Positions 12,244-24,590 of a stretch of DNA of 64,000 nt are shown one piece after another; position 1 is the stretch's first letter, and each line of letters begins with the position of its first letter. A program made the position numbers and the translations under genes. Under the pieces are notes generated by a model. It worked only from the letters and a program-made list of their open reading frames with translations. It was not told the origin of the DNA and made no database searches. Source of the stretch: Phoronis australis. Its lineage: Eukaryota; Animalia; Phoronida. The stretch lies in contig NMRA01000030.1 of assembly GCA_002633005.1 (NCBI GenBank), positions 1,023,106 through 1,087,105 on the forward strand. The letters run 5' to 3'.

Positions 12244-14568
12244 GTATGATAAAATCGAGATTTTGAAAATAAAGTGAAACTTATTTGTGAAGGCACTGAT
12301 CGGCAAGGAGAAGAATTCGAACCGGTTTGACTACAAAACGCTAGCGTGTTCCTTCAGTTACAAATGAATCATCAAAATTTTGACTTCTCTGATTTCAGAT
12401 TCTTTTAAAAATCAAAAAGAAAATTTTCTGATGAACGTCGATGGAGGTGACGAGTGAAATGCAAACTTTGTTTCCTGTCTGAACTAATTGCTTTGACAAA
12501 TTTTCCAAGAGCAGCAGATTAATAACCTAGTTAAAAGCTTCAAAAGGAAGGGGTCGTTTCATCAAAATGTGATCCCAGTTACACCGAGATAGATTCATGT
12601 CGGAATGGGGTAATTCATTCAGCTGTATAAATAATCAATATTTGGTATTTGTTGATAAAAAGATACCGAAATAGAATTTGACACAAAATTATTGTTATTA
12701 AAAGTACCTTCTTACTTAAGTAAGTTAACTTAGTTGGCGGGGCGAAAACCAGGACGTTAGTCCATTATGTTGCATTTGAATTTGTGGAAAGGTCATGTGC
12801 GTCAATTCTGAGCGCCATTAAACGGAGCACCATCTGTTTGGAAATCTCTGTTCAAAGATATTCTTTCACTGTAATATTCCACACTTTTGCTTACAGATCA
12901 TGGCAAATTATCGGGGGGGGGGGGGTGGAGGTAGTTACGTTTCATTCGCAGATGTGAGCATTTTATTACCACACAACCGAAAGTCAGAGCAAGTTTTGCT
13001 TCGGCGTCAGTTTACCAAACAAAAAATACACGAATTAGAAAATTAAAGAGTTCGCGCATAAAACTCCACATTAAGGAGTCAAAGGCTTTCTCGAAACCAA
13101 TAAATAAAAGCAGGTCTTGTGTGCCTACTGTGTCATCACAGTAAAATAGATATTAAAGCACACATGCATTCTCACATATAAAATCATTCCTTTGAAGCCC
13201 GTTTGATACTTATGGATAAGTTTTGAAACTTTCAACATCCGAAGCCAACCAGTAGAGCTATAGGACGTCAGTTCTTTAGACAACGTTTGTTTTTATCGTC
13301 TCTCTCTTCGAGTCGAAGATGATTGTCCGGTAAATGAAAACAGAATTCTAACAACGGCCAAAGATATTTAAAAATCAACTGCCCGTCTGGACTAGCCAGG
13401 CGAGATCCTTGTTATGCTCCAAGCCTCGTTTTTTTAGTGCTATATCCTGACTCAATTCTGGCGTCCTAATTCTCACCAAGAGTCTGTTGAAGAATACTCT
13501 GAACAGAGCTCCAAGAGTATTTCACGAGATCTCAGCTTATCTTGAGACATTCTGCTAACTGCCTCCACTACTCATTAGAGTGATCGTGCTAAGCAGACGC
13601 AATTTCAGGGTTAAATTCTCTGCCGACCTAGCTACCGTATTTTGTGGTACGCTTCCTTGCAGTGCTCACATGTGACCAGAAAGCTCCTGCCAGTAACAAA
13701 ATGACGGCGATCGGCAAAAATTCTTGCTTAGTCTTTCCTTTCGAAATTTCGATTTGCAAAGGAGGAAAATTTGTGGTAGGCAGTCATCGAAAACGCTCAC
13801 ATACACTGACCATCAACGCCACGTTTTAGCAACATAGTCCTTTGCAGCGTGATTACATCACACAGCGTTTCCTTCGCTCACGACACTGCTTGTGACCAGA
13901 ACAACGAGTAATTCATGAAGCACACCACCCAGTCTTGTGTCAGTAATTAACAATACAGTATGGGTTGATTTTCAGTTCTATCTGCATTTGAATCGCTTTT
14001 CGCCTTGCAAGTAGACTTTGTCATTCTATAAAGACAAGATGGCGACGACTCGAAAGAAGCTGTGCCAGTGAAAATATTATGATCACCGACACATGTTGGC
14101 AGATTTCTACTGTCCTATTATGATTTGAAATAGCTTTTCGTTTCGCAAATAGACTTTGCAGTCTGTGCCTCTAGTAAACTTACGTATCTGTCAAATGGTA
14201 CATGTATGTCAAGCCGAAAACACGGTTTATTGACAAACAACATTCCAAACCACTGCCGACCATGGATTGTCGTTGAAGCGACGAACAAAGTGGGTTCTGA
14301 AAGTGAAACATACATGTCAACTTTTCGCAGTCTGTATCTGCGCATGTAAAAACGTACATGTAGCTTGCGCGTCAGCGATTGAAATCCTACAAATTAACGA
14401 ACTAACAGACTCAGTATGGTCATTTGCTTGGAACAGCATACTAACAACATAAAGCGAACTGAAACTAATTCCGACAATTTGTTTTGAACTTTAGGCCTTG
14501 TGGAAGAACAGTTGATTAAGTAATCGGCCGATAGATGACCCTGCCATATGTCACTGAAAGCCGACGTG

Positions 14569-14979
14569 CTGTGCGTGAACTTGGAATCTTGCTTAATCTC
14601 AAGATCGCGTATGCGTAAACTTGGAATACATGTGGAAACTTGACAAGTTCACTCAAATAATCACGTTCACGTGGATAAAAATTTGCACTGCTCTAAACCA
14701 AATTACATGTTAATAAAATAACGCAAAATTCAACTAATCTTTTTTCAGCTATTGGCGATCATACTCACCAAACAACTATTGTTTTAACCAATCACAAATT
14801 CCTCCGATTCTTTGACACAAGTTACGGTAAAGGAGAAAATGAGTGATTACAAGGCCAATAATTACAAAAATTCTTTACAGTGAACAAAAAATTTCACCTG
14901 ATTGCCCAAATATATGTTCAATTCCAAGTTCACGTATACCCGATCTTGAGATTAAGCAGGTTTCCAAGTTCACGCACAG
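14569..14979. mobile_element. MITE with ~60-bp terminal inverted repeats
   Basis: ctgtgcgtgaacttggaatcttgcttaatctcaagatcg...cgatcttgagattaagcaggtttccaagttcacgcacag; no clear TSD. Confidence 0.75.
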
Positions 14980-15080
14980 AAGACGCACATTATCGCTCTG
15001 CAAATAAATAACGTCAGACCGCATTTTTTAACACCGGTAACTAATTTAGTTAAATAGTCTTAATAGTTTTCAATGACTTT

Positions 15081-15443
15081 CATAGGCGGATTTAGGGTAG
15101 GTTTCGCGCGCAAACGCTGTGGAACATAAACAAGTAGGTAACTTAGTTTAATATTATTAGTGGTGTAGTGGTAAAGCACGCGCGTCCTATCAGCTAGGTC
15201 GTGAGTTCGAGTCTGTGGAACTCGTAGTTTTTCCTGTGTGACACGTTATCTTTTTTTACTTTACTTTTTGCCTTTTTTTTCTTGGATAATACATCAGAAA
15301 TCAAGGAAAATGCTTGATTTTTAGAGGAAAAAACAGAAAAAATTCCATTCGGTGCTATGCCCATCTACAATCGTGGTTTGCGCAAATGCTTCCAGCCGGA
15401 CAAAATGTTGGGCCCCCCTTGTGATATCCTGGATCCGCCACTG
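15081..15443. mobile_element. hAT-like MITE with 5-bp TSD (ACTTT) containing a tRNA-like segment
   Basis: acttt|cataggcggattt...ggatccgccactg|acttt; internal A box TGGTGTAGTGG (15161) and B box GAGTTCGAGTC (15203). Confidence 0.8.
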
Positions 15444-15555
15444 ACTTTAAATTGGTGTCAGATTTTTTGACCAGTTTTTTACCAATATCGCCCAAAATCC
15501 GTATATTGATAAAGTTTGGTATAAGCATTTGTGAGCTTGCTTGTTTTGTTTTCAG

Positions 15556-15708
15556 TCTCAGCAACCAACCATTGGGGACCGTGGGGCCCATGGTCGGTTT
15601 GCAGTAGAACGTGTGGATTTGGCAACACCCAGAGATCCAGAACATGTGACGGTACCTGTGATGCAGAGTTCGACAGTGAGCAGAAACTTTGCGAAATCAC
15701 TAAATGCA
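15556..15708 (+). CDS. TSR gene 1, exon F (TSP1 repeat)
   Basis: Acceptor gttttgttttcag| (in-frame alternative cag 6 nt downstream), donor A|gtaagg, 153 nt, phase 1-1; [46 protein letters not shown]. Confidence 0.92.
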
Positions 15709-15959
15709 GTAAGGTTTCAAAATGTACTTTTTGACCTTTCCTTTCTTAGCCACACTTTACATTCTACCAACTGTTATTCTTGATAAACAGAGTAGTAAAC
15801 AGCATTGGCATTGTTCAGCACATTTTAACGTAACACACGATGTCATTTATTTGTTATCACTGTAAGATTGACCTAACCTACGCAATGTATTAATATTTTT
15901 TTCACGTTTATTTTACCTGGTCCCATGAAACGAAATTCAGGAAATAGGGATACAATAGA

Positions 15960-16490
15960 ATCATGGATTGATTCACGAATGCTTCATCAGCATTTGTATA
16001 TTTGTAATGAGGTAGAGGGTGCATCTGCAGGCACCAGTCAATTTTGGCGACCTTGATCTCATTTTAAAGATCGCAGCGAGAGAATCAAGTTTTAATTAGA
16101 AGTCATGTTGGCCCAATATATTGAGAAGGATGCTTTACATTTTGTTCATGTTTTGTATCGAAGTGTGGGTGGGGCATTTCTGGGCGCCAGTCGATTTTGG
16201 TGACTTTGAACTTATTCCCAAGCTCACATGGAAGTTTTAGCTAGAAAAAAAGTATTGGGCGATTTGTCAAGAATGGTGGTTTAGATTTTTGTTCGTGTTC
16301 TGTACCGAACTGTAGTCGATTTTGACGACTTTGACCAAGGTCCCATTGAGAATCTAGTTTTTACTTGGAAAATGTTGTTTGCACGAGATGTCAACAACGG
16401 AACATCAGATTTTTTGAAAATTTTATACCGAGGTGTAGGTGGGCAATATCGAGGCGTTAGACCAATGTGGTGAATTTGACGTCTGACATT
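15960..16490. repeat. Degenerate ~150-bp tandem repeat (3-4 units), satellite or Helentron/HINE-core-like
   Basis: Recurrent agtc(a/g)atttt(g)g(c/t)gac(c/t)ttga and atttttgttc(a/g)tgtt(t/c)tgta(t/c)cgaa motifs at roughly 130-155 bp spacing. Confidence 0.7.
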
Positions 16491-17167
16491 TCCTTGACTT
16501 TAAGAAACTTAAAAAATGAATCTGTTCATGTTGGCATGGGCAGAAAAAGAAAGGTGTACTCTATTTAAATTTAATCATTTTGCCACGAGATAACTTTTTA
16601 AGATTAGATTCATCACATTTCAATTTCATTCATGGCGTATTCCATGGCCATTATACTCGTATATGGAATAATATATCTTACATAGACATCTACTGTATCG
16701 GATATCAAGCGCGAACTGAGCTATCCTACGTAACTATAGTAGTGTTGCCCACAGGCCTACTAGTGTCTCGCCCACACGATCGTCTTAGGGAAACAATGAG
16801 CTGGAGGCAACAATTAAACTAAATTAAAATTAATCATAAAACATATCTTTATTTTCTATAAGTGTGTCATGGAGTTTATGTGCATTTAGTATCTCCTCGT
16901 CATATAAGTAGAAAAATGTATTATAGACAGACGATAAGTTATTGCCTGAAAGATGGTTATTTTATTTATGGAAAATAAATGTGCTTTTTGTATTTGATTT
17001 AATTTTGATTCGAGCACCTCCAATTTCGAATGACCATTTATACAGCTGAATCGGTTTTATTGTTGACAAGCAAACAATGGTGTGCTTAGAGTAAATGGGT
17101 ACGCCTGAATATAAGCAGTCAATAATTGTTATTTGCTCTTTTATTGTCATTGGTCTTCAATTTTCAG

Positions 17168-17280
17168 GACCCGATATCGCAGCTTTGAAAAATGACAACG
17201 CCGGGACCTCTTTCCACGTGAAGGGACTTTCAACAGTTTTCCTGTTCACTGTTCTGGCAGTCCTTAAAGCCATGAATTAG
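17168..17280 (+). CDS. TSR gene 1, terminal exon encoding a GPI-anchor-like C-terminal signal
   Basis: Acceptor cttcaattttcag|, phase 1 matches the exon F donor; RPDIAALKNDNAGTSFHVKGLSTVFLFTVLAVLKAMN*: small residues N-A-G, polar spacer, hydrophobic tail, stop. Confidence 0.75.
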
Positions 17281-17926
17281 ACCATGGGAGGCCTCAGCAG
17301 AAACCACATATATCTACTGTTATGCGAACTGCAATAGTCACTGAGTTTTTTCAATCTCGGTTATCAGCAAAAGGCATGCGTCAATAGAAGGCGAGGACTA
17401 TGTCTCTTCACTAGTAAACGAATAACATGCATCTCAGTCGTGTTTTAGCTTTGAAGTACACTTAAATCATAGATCTAATTACAATTCGAGTTTCAAGTGC
17501 CGTCTGCATTGATCCAAATTCTTCACGTGAACGAGATAAGTATCTCGTGGGAACTAGAGAATATCTCCGCGGACCGAGATAATTATGTCGGAGGGGTAAG
17601 TGGCGTAACAGCAATTGGAGTTGACGCGATGAAGAGTTAGAAGTACACACCATGCAAGCCTATGTCACCATCACTAGTCTTCAGTCTAAACAGATGGTTA
17701 AAATTTTGAAATAATTGTGGTGTGCCAAAATGATGAGCATCACTTCCAATGACAGTTTTACCAGTAAGGTTCGCGTGGGCAATAGACCCACGCGCCTGAC
17801 GCAGGCGCAGCTTCAAGTGTAGACGCAAGGACCTAAATATAGGCACGTGCACGCTGAATATTTTGCCAATTATTAGTAAAAATGAGGTAAACATTGTTGA
17901 AGTGTTAAACATACTAAAATACATAT

Positions 17927-20819
17927 TAGGCCATAGTCCCAGATCTTTCACCTCCCTGGCTACTTTTGGGGGGCAACGGGAACTTTGCATTAAACCCATT
18001 TACAGATGTTCAAAAGTCAATTTCAAAAAAGTTCCCAAGAATACACTTGCACATTTAGTAATAATTTTAATTTAAAAGTTGGAAAAAAATTAGCCTAAAC
18101 TAATATGCTAGTCACCAGGTGTCAGTACAAAACAATCAGAACAGCCAATCAAATGCCAGGAAAATATTGTGTCCGTATCTTTCCCATTCCCAAGTTGTCT
18201 GCTTCATGAAAGCTTTCATCAGAGGACAAGCAACTGATGTCATCCTGTTAGCTTGGCTAACTCGTTTACAGCTACTGTCTACATTTAAAAGTGTTGATTC
18301 TTGGATGGGTGTGCAAGTAATTGGCAATTACCAAGATCAAGGCTCATAAACCAGCTAGCAGTAGAGTGGAATTGAGGAAAGCCAAGTCAAGTGGCAAGCG
18401 TCATCATACTGACATACATACAATTCTTGGCATGTTCCTGAATCGTTTTGTGCTTCCGCAAACAGCAGTTTTGGGGCAGCTAGGACACTGCTGAAACCAT
18501 GAGTTATTGAATGAATGTGCGACTTCACAAGAGACTGGCAAGATGACTGCTCTTTGTTTCATTCATGTCTCAGATTCTGCTCAAAATTGTGAGCTCCTGG
18601 AATTTTCAGATATTACTGCAAACAACTGGATCAACATTAAGTGCAAGAAAAATATTATTGCTGAGAAGTTTTTAAGCTTTTGTGAACAAACAGAGCTATG
18701 CTATCGCAATCAGTATTACATACACCGAATGGATGTATCAAAAATCGAAACAGCTCTAAAAACGAAAAAGACCAAGCTGATGAAGGAAACGATGTTGAAC
18801 CTACTAGAAAATCAAAGGGATTGTCAATGTCAGTTCTATTTAACAGTGCTCAAAGAAATGTATATGTGCGGCCACCACAATGTATCATTTGCCACAAACT
18901 AAAGTCCATCACTGAGAACTTCACATACAAAAGAAAACTTTAAAGGCTATCCCATTTCCAAACATTCACTTGTATATAGGCCTACCTATTCGTAACTCAA
19001 AAAACCACCAGTTAACAGTAAAAATCTTTAGTTTACGACAGAGAAAAATTAGTTTGCTTGATAAATATACGGTATTAGCCGTTCCAATCTCAAAGATGCC
19101 GGTTGTAGTTTTACCTGCATGTGAGTGATCAACTCTGCTCTTTATGAACTTCCAAGCCTATTTTTTTACCCTGTTATGTAAAAACGTGAGCTGTGTTTGG
19201 AATTTGAGAAATATAAAAATGCAAAAAATGCTCGTGTTCTTAATTCATTATCTTGAAAATTCAAATGTTGGTCAGATTTCAGTGTCTCACATTTTGGTGA
19301 TTCTTGAATTGGAGAATTTTATGTGTAGGAAAATTTTTACTCCTCCAATTATGTGCTATCGAAAACAGGAAGCCTCAAAAGAATTTTTTTGCTCTAGGGT
19401 AAATAAGACGTTTTTCAATTTTACACAAAAACTATTGCCAAATGACCATTCCTCTATTTTCAAAGGCTGAACTAGGGTATTAAGGATGCAATCAATGCTA
19501 GTAATGTTGCTCATTTCTCTTAATGCTTACTTTTGCTGAGCACTTGACAATATAAAATTTCACTTGTTGACCATACTGTGCTAAAGTGAAAAGCATTTTG
19601 GTTATCTGTTTTAATAAAAAGGATTACTGTTACAAGGCTGAAGTGTTTCGATGAAACGCTATTCAGGTTGACAAAAAATTATTCCGGGTAGGGTGCAGGC
19701 TTGCAGAGATATTTTTTGAACTTTGTCATTAAAGTTGGGCTCAACATCATTTTGCGTTTCCTGGTCAACTCATGTAAGACATTGAACGGTTTGTATGCAA
19801 GCTGTACGGCGACTCATTATCAATAGTTAACAAAACACGCTACCACATATTCAGGCTGAAGTCTGTTATGGAATCACCTCTGCCTCCTAATCATGATTGT
19901 TTGCTGTTAAATGTCAAAAGACCAAACTACCACTGTGCCTTTCACAAACGAGCCTTGCAATCGTATGTCAGTGCACCATCTCCACTTGGTAATGGGTGAT
20001 TTTGGAGTAGAGTAGTCTGAAATGTAAAAAGAGTGGTTGTAGTACAAAAGTGTGCTATTGTTTGAAGTCGGGCATGCCATGTTCAAAGTTGTGTGACTGT
20101 CGAGATTGTGAACACGAAGTCTCAAGAAACAACTTTTGACGACAACAATGATGAATGCAAACAATGGAGTGGATGAACAAACATGAAAAGTGTTTGCTAT
20201 GTTATTAAAAAACTTCAAATTTGTAAATATTTACATTTTATCATGCTCGTGCAAAAGAGAACTAAATGGTGACAGTTGAGTATGAAGTTCAATGTGGATA
20301 ATGATAATTAATTGTGACAAATGATGAAAGTGATGGCAGTGAATTCATTGCAGAAACGTTGGAAGTGTATGTTGTTCATATGTAGGTTGTGATATCAAAT
20401 CTTTATCAAGTTGCAAATGGTTAAAACTAGTATTGTTCTTCTGGTAGTTCAGAATATAGTAGTATGTTTTCTGGCCAACAGGAGGCGCTGCTAAAAAATT
20501 CTATTTGTCTTTTTTGAGCAATTTTCCACCTAATGTCGTAATACTTATCACTTTCCTTGCCCTGTAACATCAAATGAACAAAACACAATCAAATTATCAT
20601 TCCGTTTGGGTCTAGTGTTGTTGGTTTTTGAAGATTGTTTTTCTGAGCCAAATTTTGCAAAAAGTCAGATTTTTGAGGTCAAATTTCTCAAAAACGTGCA
20701 ACTCAAACCTTAAAGTATAGTACTTAATGATTTTAAAAACACCAAAATTATTTTGCTTCCAAAAAGTAGCCACGGAAGTGATTTTCTAGGCTTCCTAGAG
20801 TCGAATTGACTATGGCCTA
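17927..20819 (+). mobile_element. Non-autonomous Academ (AcademX-type) DNA transposon, copy 1
   Basis: TIR TAGGCCATAGTC...GACTATGGCCTA, 3-bp TSD TAT/TAT; remnant DIERFVCKLYG...VNKTRYHIF...LPPNHDCLLLNVKRPNYH and Cys-rich tail (MPCSKLCDC). Confidence 0.88.
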
Positions 20820-20999
20820 TATAACTAGTTTGTGTGACATCGTCGGTTTAATGTTACTCAGGTAGACTTTCTACCCCTCAGTCAACGAGCTACCTGGCTA
20901 GGCCCGACAAGTAATGATACACGGACACAGTCAGTTTCTGGGGAGCGTGACAGTAGACTAAACTGTAATAACAACAAATGGTCTGGAAATTGCCTACTG

Positions 21000-22230
21000 A
21001 CACTGGGCTTACACCTATTGATATGTTGACTCTGAGCTTCACGAATTTTAAGTTGCCTTGTTGTTGCTGCTTAGTCTATTATGGTGCACTGGTGAATTAT
21101 TACTGTATTAACTTAAGAGTTTATTTTCTCACTCAAGTCTCTAAAACTGTTCAATTTATTTAACCCTGGAACTACGGTCCAGGGTAGTGTACTAATTTAT
21201 CTGTGCTAGATGTGTCTCCAGTTATATTGGCGAAACTATTCACTATTTCAAAACCCAGACTAGGGAACATCTAAATTCTGACGGTTGCTCACATCTGCAG
21301 AGCTCCAATCTTTGTTATGAGCAATGACCTTTCAATGACTTTGCTATAATAGATCATGCCGAAATAACAAGGCAGGTGACGACAAAGAAAGCTGGATCTC
21401 ACTGGGTAACACTGTTACAGTCTTTCAGGCTGAAATTGAGGCCATTCACCAGGCTGCCAACTGGCAAGGGATCATGAAGCAGTCCTTGGTAAAAAAAGAA
21501 CTCTTCATACTCTCACACAGCCAAGCAGCTATTGAAGCTCTAAATCCAAGATCAACTCTCGTTGTGTCCAGGCCTGTGTAAACGGGCTTAGCCACCTAGC
21601 TGCATACACCTGTGAACTGGGTTTTTGGTATTGATGGCAACGAAGCTGCTGATAAACTTGCAAAGGAAGGAGCAAGTTCACCCTGTCATACCAGAACCTT
21701 AGTTAGCAGTTGCCTATAGTTGCTGCAGAGCAGAGGTAAGAAACTGGGTTCTCAAACTGTCCGTGGATGCATCGAGAAACCTCTCCGTCTGAAAACAAAC
21801 CAAAACTTATTTCCAAGTCGTATTGAACCAAAAGGCTCAAAGAAACTCTCATGTTTACATAGGCTTGCTATCAGGCAGCGGATCCAGGTTATTGATAAAC
21901 AGTGCAACCTAGCTCAGCACCGTAACATCACAGGTCACATGGCATATGCTCATAGTGTCTCAACTGCGGCATAGAGGCAGAGACTTCTCAACATCATGTA
22001 GAGATTTGCCCTGCCTACATTACACACAGTAATCTACTACTTGATGGATACATAACCGGCCTGGTTGACATTGCTAGTTCATTCAGGTTTAATATAGTGT
22101 TTCTATCTTTCTCGAATAAAACAGGCAGGTTGAAAGATTTTACCCATGAGGAAACCGATGATTTCGGATGCCCATGAGTCATTATCAGGTAATTAGTGTA
22201 CTGGGCTTGGCCTTGTTGCGTAAACACGCC
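21000..22230 (+). mobile_element. Decayed RNase-H-containing LINE 3' part (I/Loa-group-like)
   Basis: TVFQAEIEAIHQAA, SHSQAAIEAL, IDGNEAADKLAKEGA (RNase H) and CLNCGIEAETSQHHVEICPAY (CCHC-like knuckle); boundaries approximate. Confidence 0.75.
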
Positions 22231-22411
22231 TGATGTACCGCAAAAGGCATCGAGTCCATCTGGACTCTTTTTTCCATCGGGAGTCGGAGGTTCACATAAG
22301 ATGATTAATCTGATGAAAATCTCAGTGTTTAGCTCTCCTGTTGAAGTGCAGCGCGTGAAGATCATGCTTTCATTTCGATAGCCACGAGACGATCACGACG
22401 CAAAAGATGTC

Positions 22412-22466
22412 ATGTTGAACAAAGACATCGTCGGCATTGGCGCTTTTCTTTTTGGGATCATTGCAG
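22412..22466 (+). CDS. TSR gene 2, probable first coding exon (signal peptide)
   Basis: ATG...MLNKDIVGIGAFLFGIIA + G|gtaaat (good donor, phase 1); in-frame stop upstream; splices in frame to 43005. Confidence 0.55.
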
Positions 22467-24502
22467 GTAAATACCTTTAATAGCCGATCAGGTAGCCGTG
22501 GTTTACAGACTATATGTAGACTTACAGGGAACGACGAATGTAAAATGTATATAGACCTCGAACTTTTACAACACCCGGGTAGTTATGCTCATAGACTTGG
22601 GGTAGCCTACACACACCCGAATCTCTCCATGACTCATAACTATAGAAGAAATGTAAAGGTTGGTAGTCGATAAATCTGAACAGGATTGGAACTCCGTTCA
22701 TTGAATGCTAGAATGTATTGTGTCAAACAGAACACATCCGAATTGTAAATCAAATATCAACCCGCACTGGTCGAAATTGCAACCGTGTTAACAAATTGAA
22801 CTACAGAAATGACAGGGCGAATACATGAGCACAGAAATCAAGCTCTTCAAAAGAACTCATTCACACCACAGGCGCTCGAATTTCCCGATGACCCATAACC
22901 ATATGTAAGAAACATAAAGGTTGGACACTAAATCTTTGCCGAGCCGAGGCTCCCAACTTCAACTGTACAAAATCCAAATAAAATCTGCGTGCACCTCCCT
23001 CAGTCTGGTTTTGCATAAACATTCGAAGCCTTGTCTTTCCTTGATCTCATTAATTGTCCTCGTGAGTGGTGAATTGGCGACGGAATTTCCAAAACGATCT
23101 CAAAACTCTGAATCCAAGGACCTAAAATAGTAGACATGGCGGATTTCAGTTGTGCTTCAACTTGTACGCCTGTCGTAGGTGAAACTTCGAGTTTGAGCAA
23201 GCAACCTATATTTCAAATTCAATAATTCTAACTCAAAACTCAACTAATTGAGAATGTTAAAGTTAGTATTTTAATGATTATTTGTAACTTTATTCCACTG
23301 ACAGCTCATTTTAGCCCTTAACTTACAATTTTATTGCAAAAACTCGCGTATCTTGTTTCTCATCTTGACATCACGCATTTTTTATGATAGAGGCACAACA
23401 CACACTCGGCCAGGAAACGCAGTTCGTGCGAGTATTACAATGCGCGTGGCCGACGACTAGTTAACTCAATGTTTTTGGCCAAAAGTAAAACCTTCATAAG
23501 AAATCACACACCACACAAAATAATTTCGCATATCAATACAGTATCAGGATAATTTATATTTGACACAAATATATGAGTAGTTACAATCTGCTCTCTGCTT
23601 CTGATGACCAAGTAGTCGAGGGATTGACGACGAAAGGCGCGCGAAAATAGACTTTCGGATTTAGCTCGAGAGCTTTCCGCCAAAAACCCGGATGTGCGAA
23701 GACCGTAAGTCATGACATCACGGAATAAGGTCCTTGAATTTGTGATTTTGACAATCTTTTGGCATTTTTGTTGTCAAATCACCACTCGAAGGCAATTTGA
23801 GGATATCAAATGAAAGAAGGTATTCTAAGATTTGTTCGGTAGTAGTTTCGTGGAGTTCCATGCACATTTGAGTAGAAAATTCTGTGCAAACAGATTTTGA
23901 GTATCCAACCTTTGTGTTTTCTTAGTACTGAGTGACGTCATTTGCGATAGAGGAACAGATAAACTGAAGCGTCTGTGATTCACACCAAGATTTGACGTTT
24001 AACTGTTCGTCTGTAACTCCGCCATTTGTATTTTTCACCTAGCGGTGATCTCTTAAACTAAGACATTCACTTGGTAATTGGCTCCTATTTGGGTCACTAC
24101 TTCTTATAACAGAGAAATATAACCAAGTAAGTCAACACTCAACATGCATTTTAACCCACACAGGGAACTTCGATAGACTTCAGTTAAGTTTGAGCACAGA
24201 CTATAAAATTTAGCCCGGAAACCGCAATTAGGGCTTAATGTCCGTGCAGTTATATTCGCAGTATGTTCTCAGCAGATAAATGTGAGCATGCGATCGCAAC
24301 TTCGTTGTGTGCAAGTTAACACAGTCACTATAGGTTACACCTTTTGATATCACTTTTCGGCTTAGGAGATGCCCAGAAATGACGGAATATTCTTCTCGAG
24401 CTGCACAACGGCTGTCGGGATTACGCAGCCATATCATCAACGTTTCACCATTTTATCGCACAATTTCGTGAGCTATAGACTAAAATAAGATTTAGGCGAC
24501 AA

Positions 24503-24590
24503 CGTGTTGTTTGTCGGGTAATATGGCGGCTTGGAAACGGAGACGACGGACTGGTGTGTCAAGAATGCTGCGTTCTGATTGGTCAGTTAA
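24503..24590. repeat. Interspersed repeat fragment, also at 44680-44758
   Basis: gttgtttgtcgggtaa...ttggaaa...agaatgctgcgttc(t/c)gattggtcag shared by both loci. Confidence 0.7.

Noticed and set aside
12428-12460. CTGATGA...GAAA hammerhead-like string
   Set aside because: Extra bases separate stem II from GAAA, and stems I and III are absent.
23400-23462. Hairpin plus CTAG resembling a Helitron 3' end
   Set aside because: No matching 5' end or internal homology identified.
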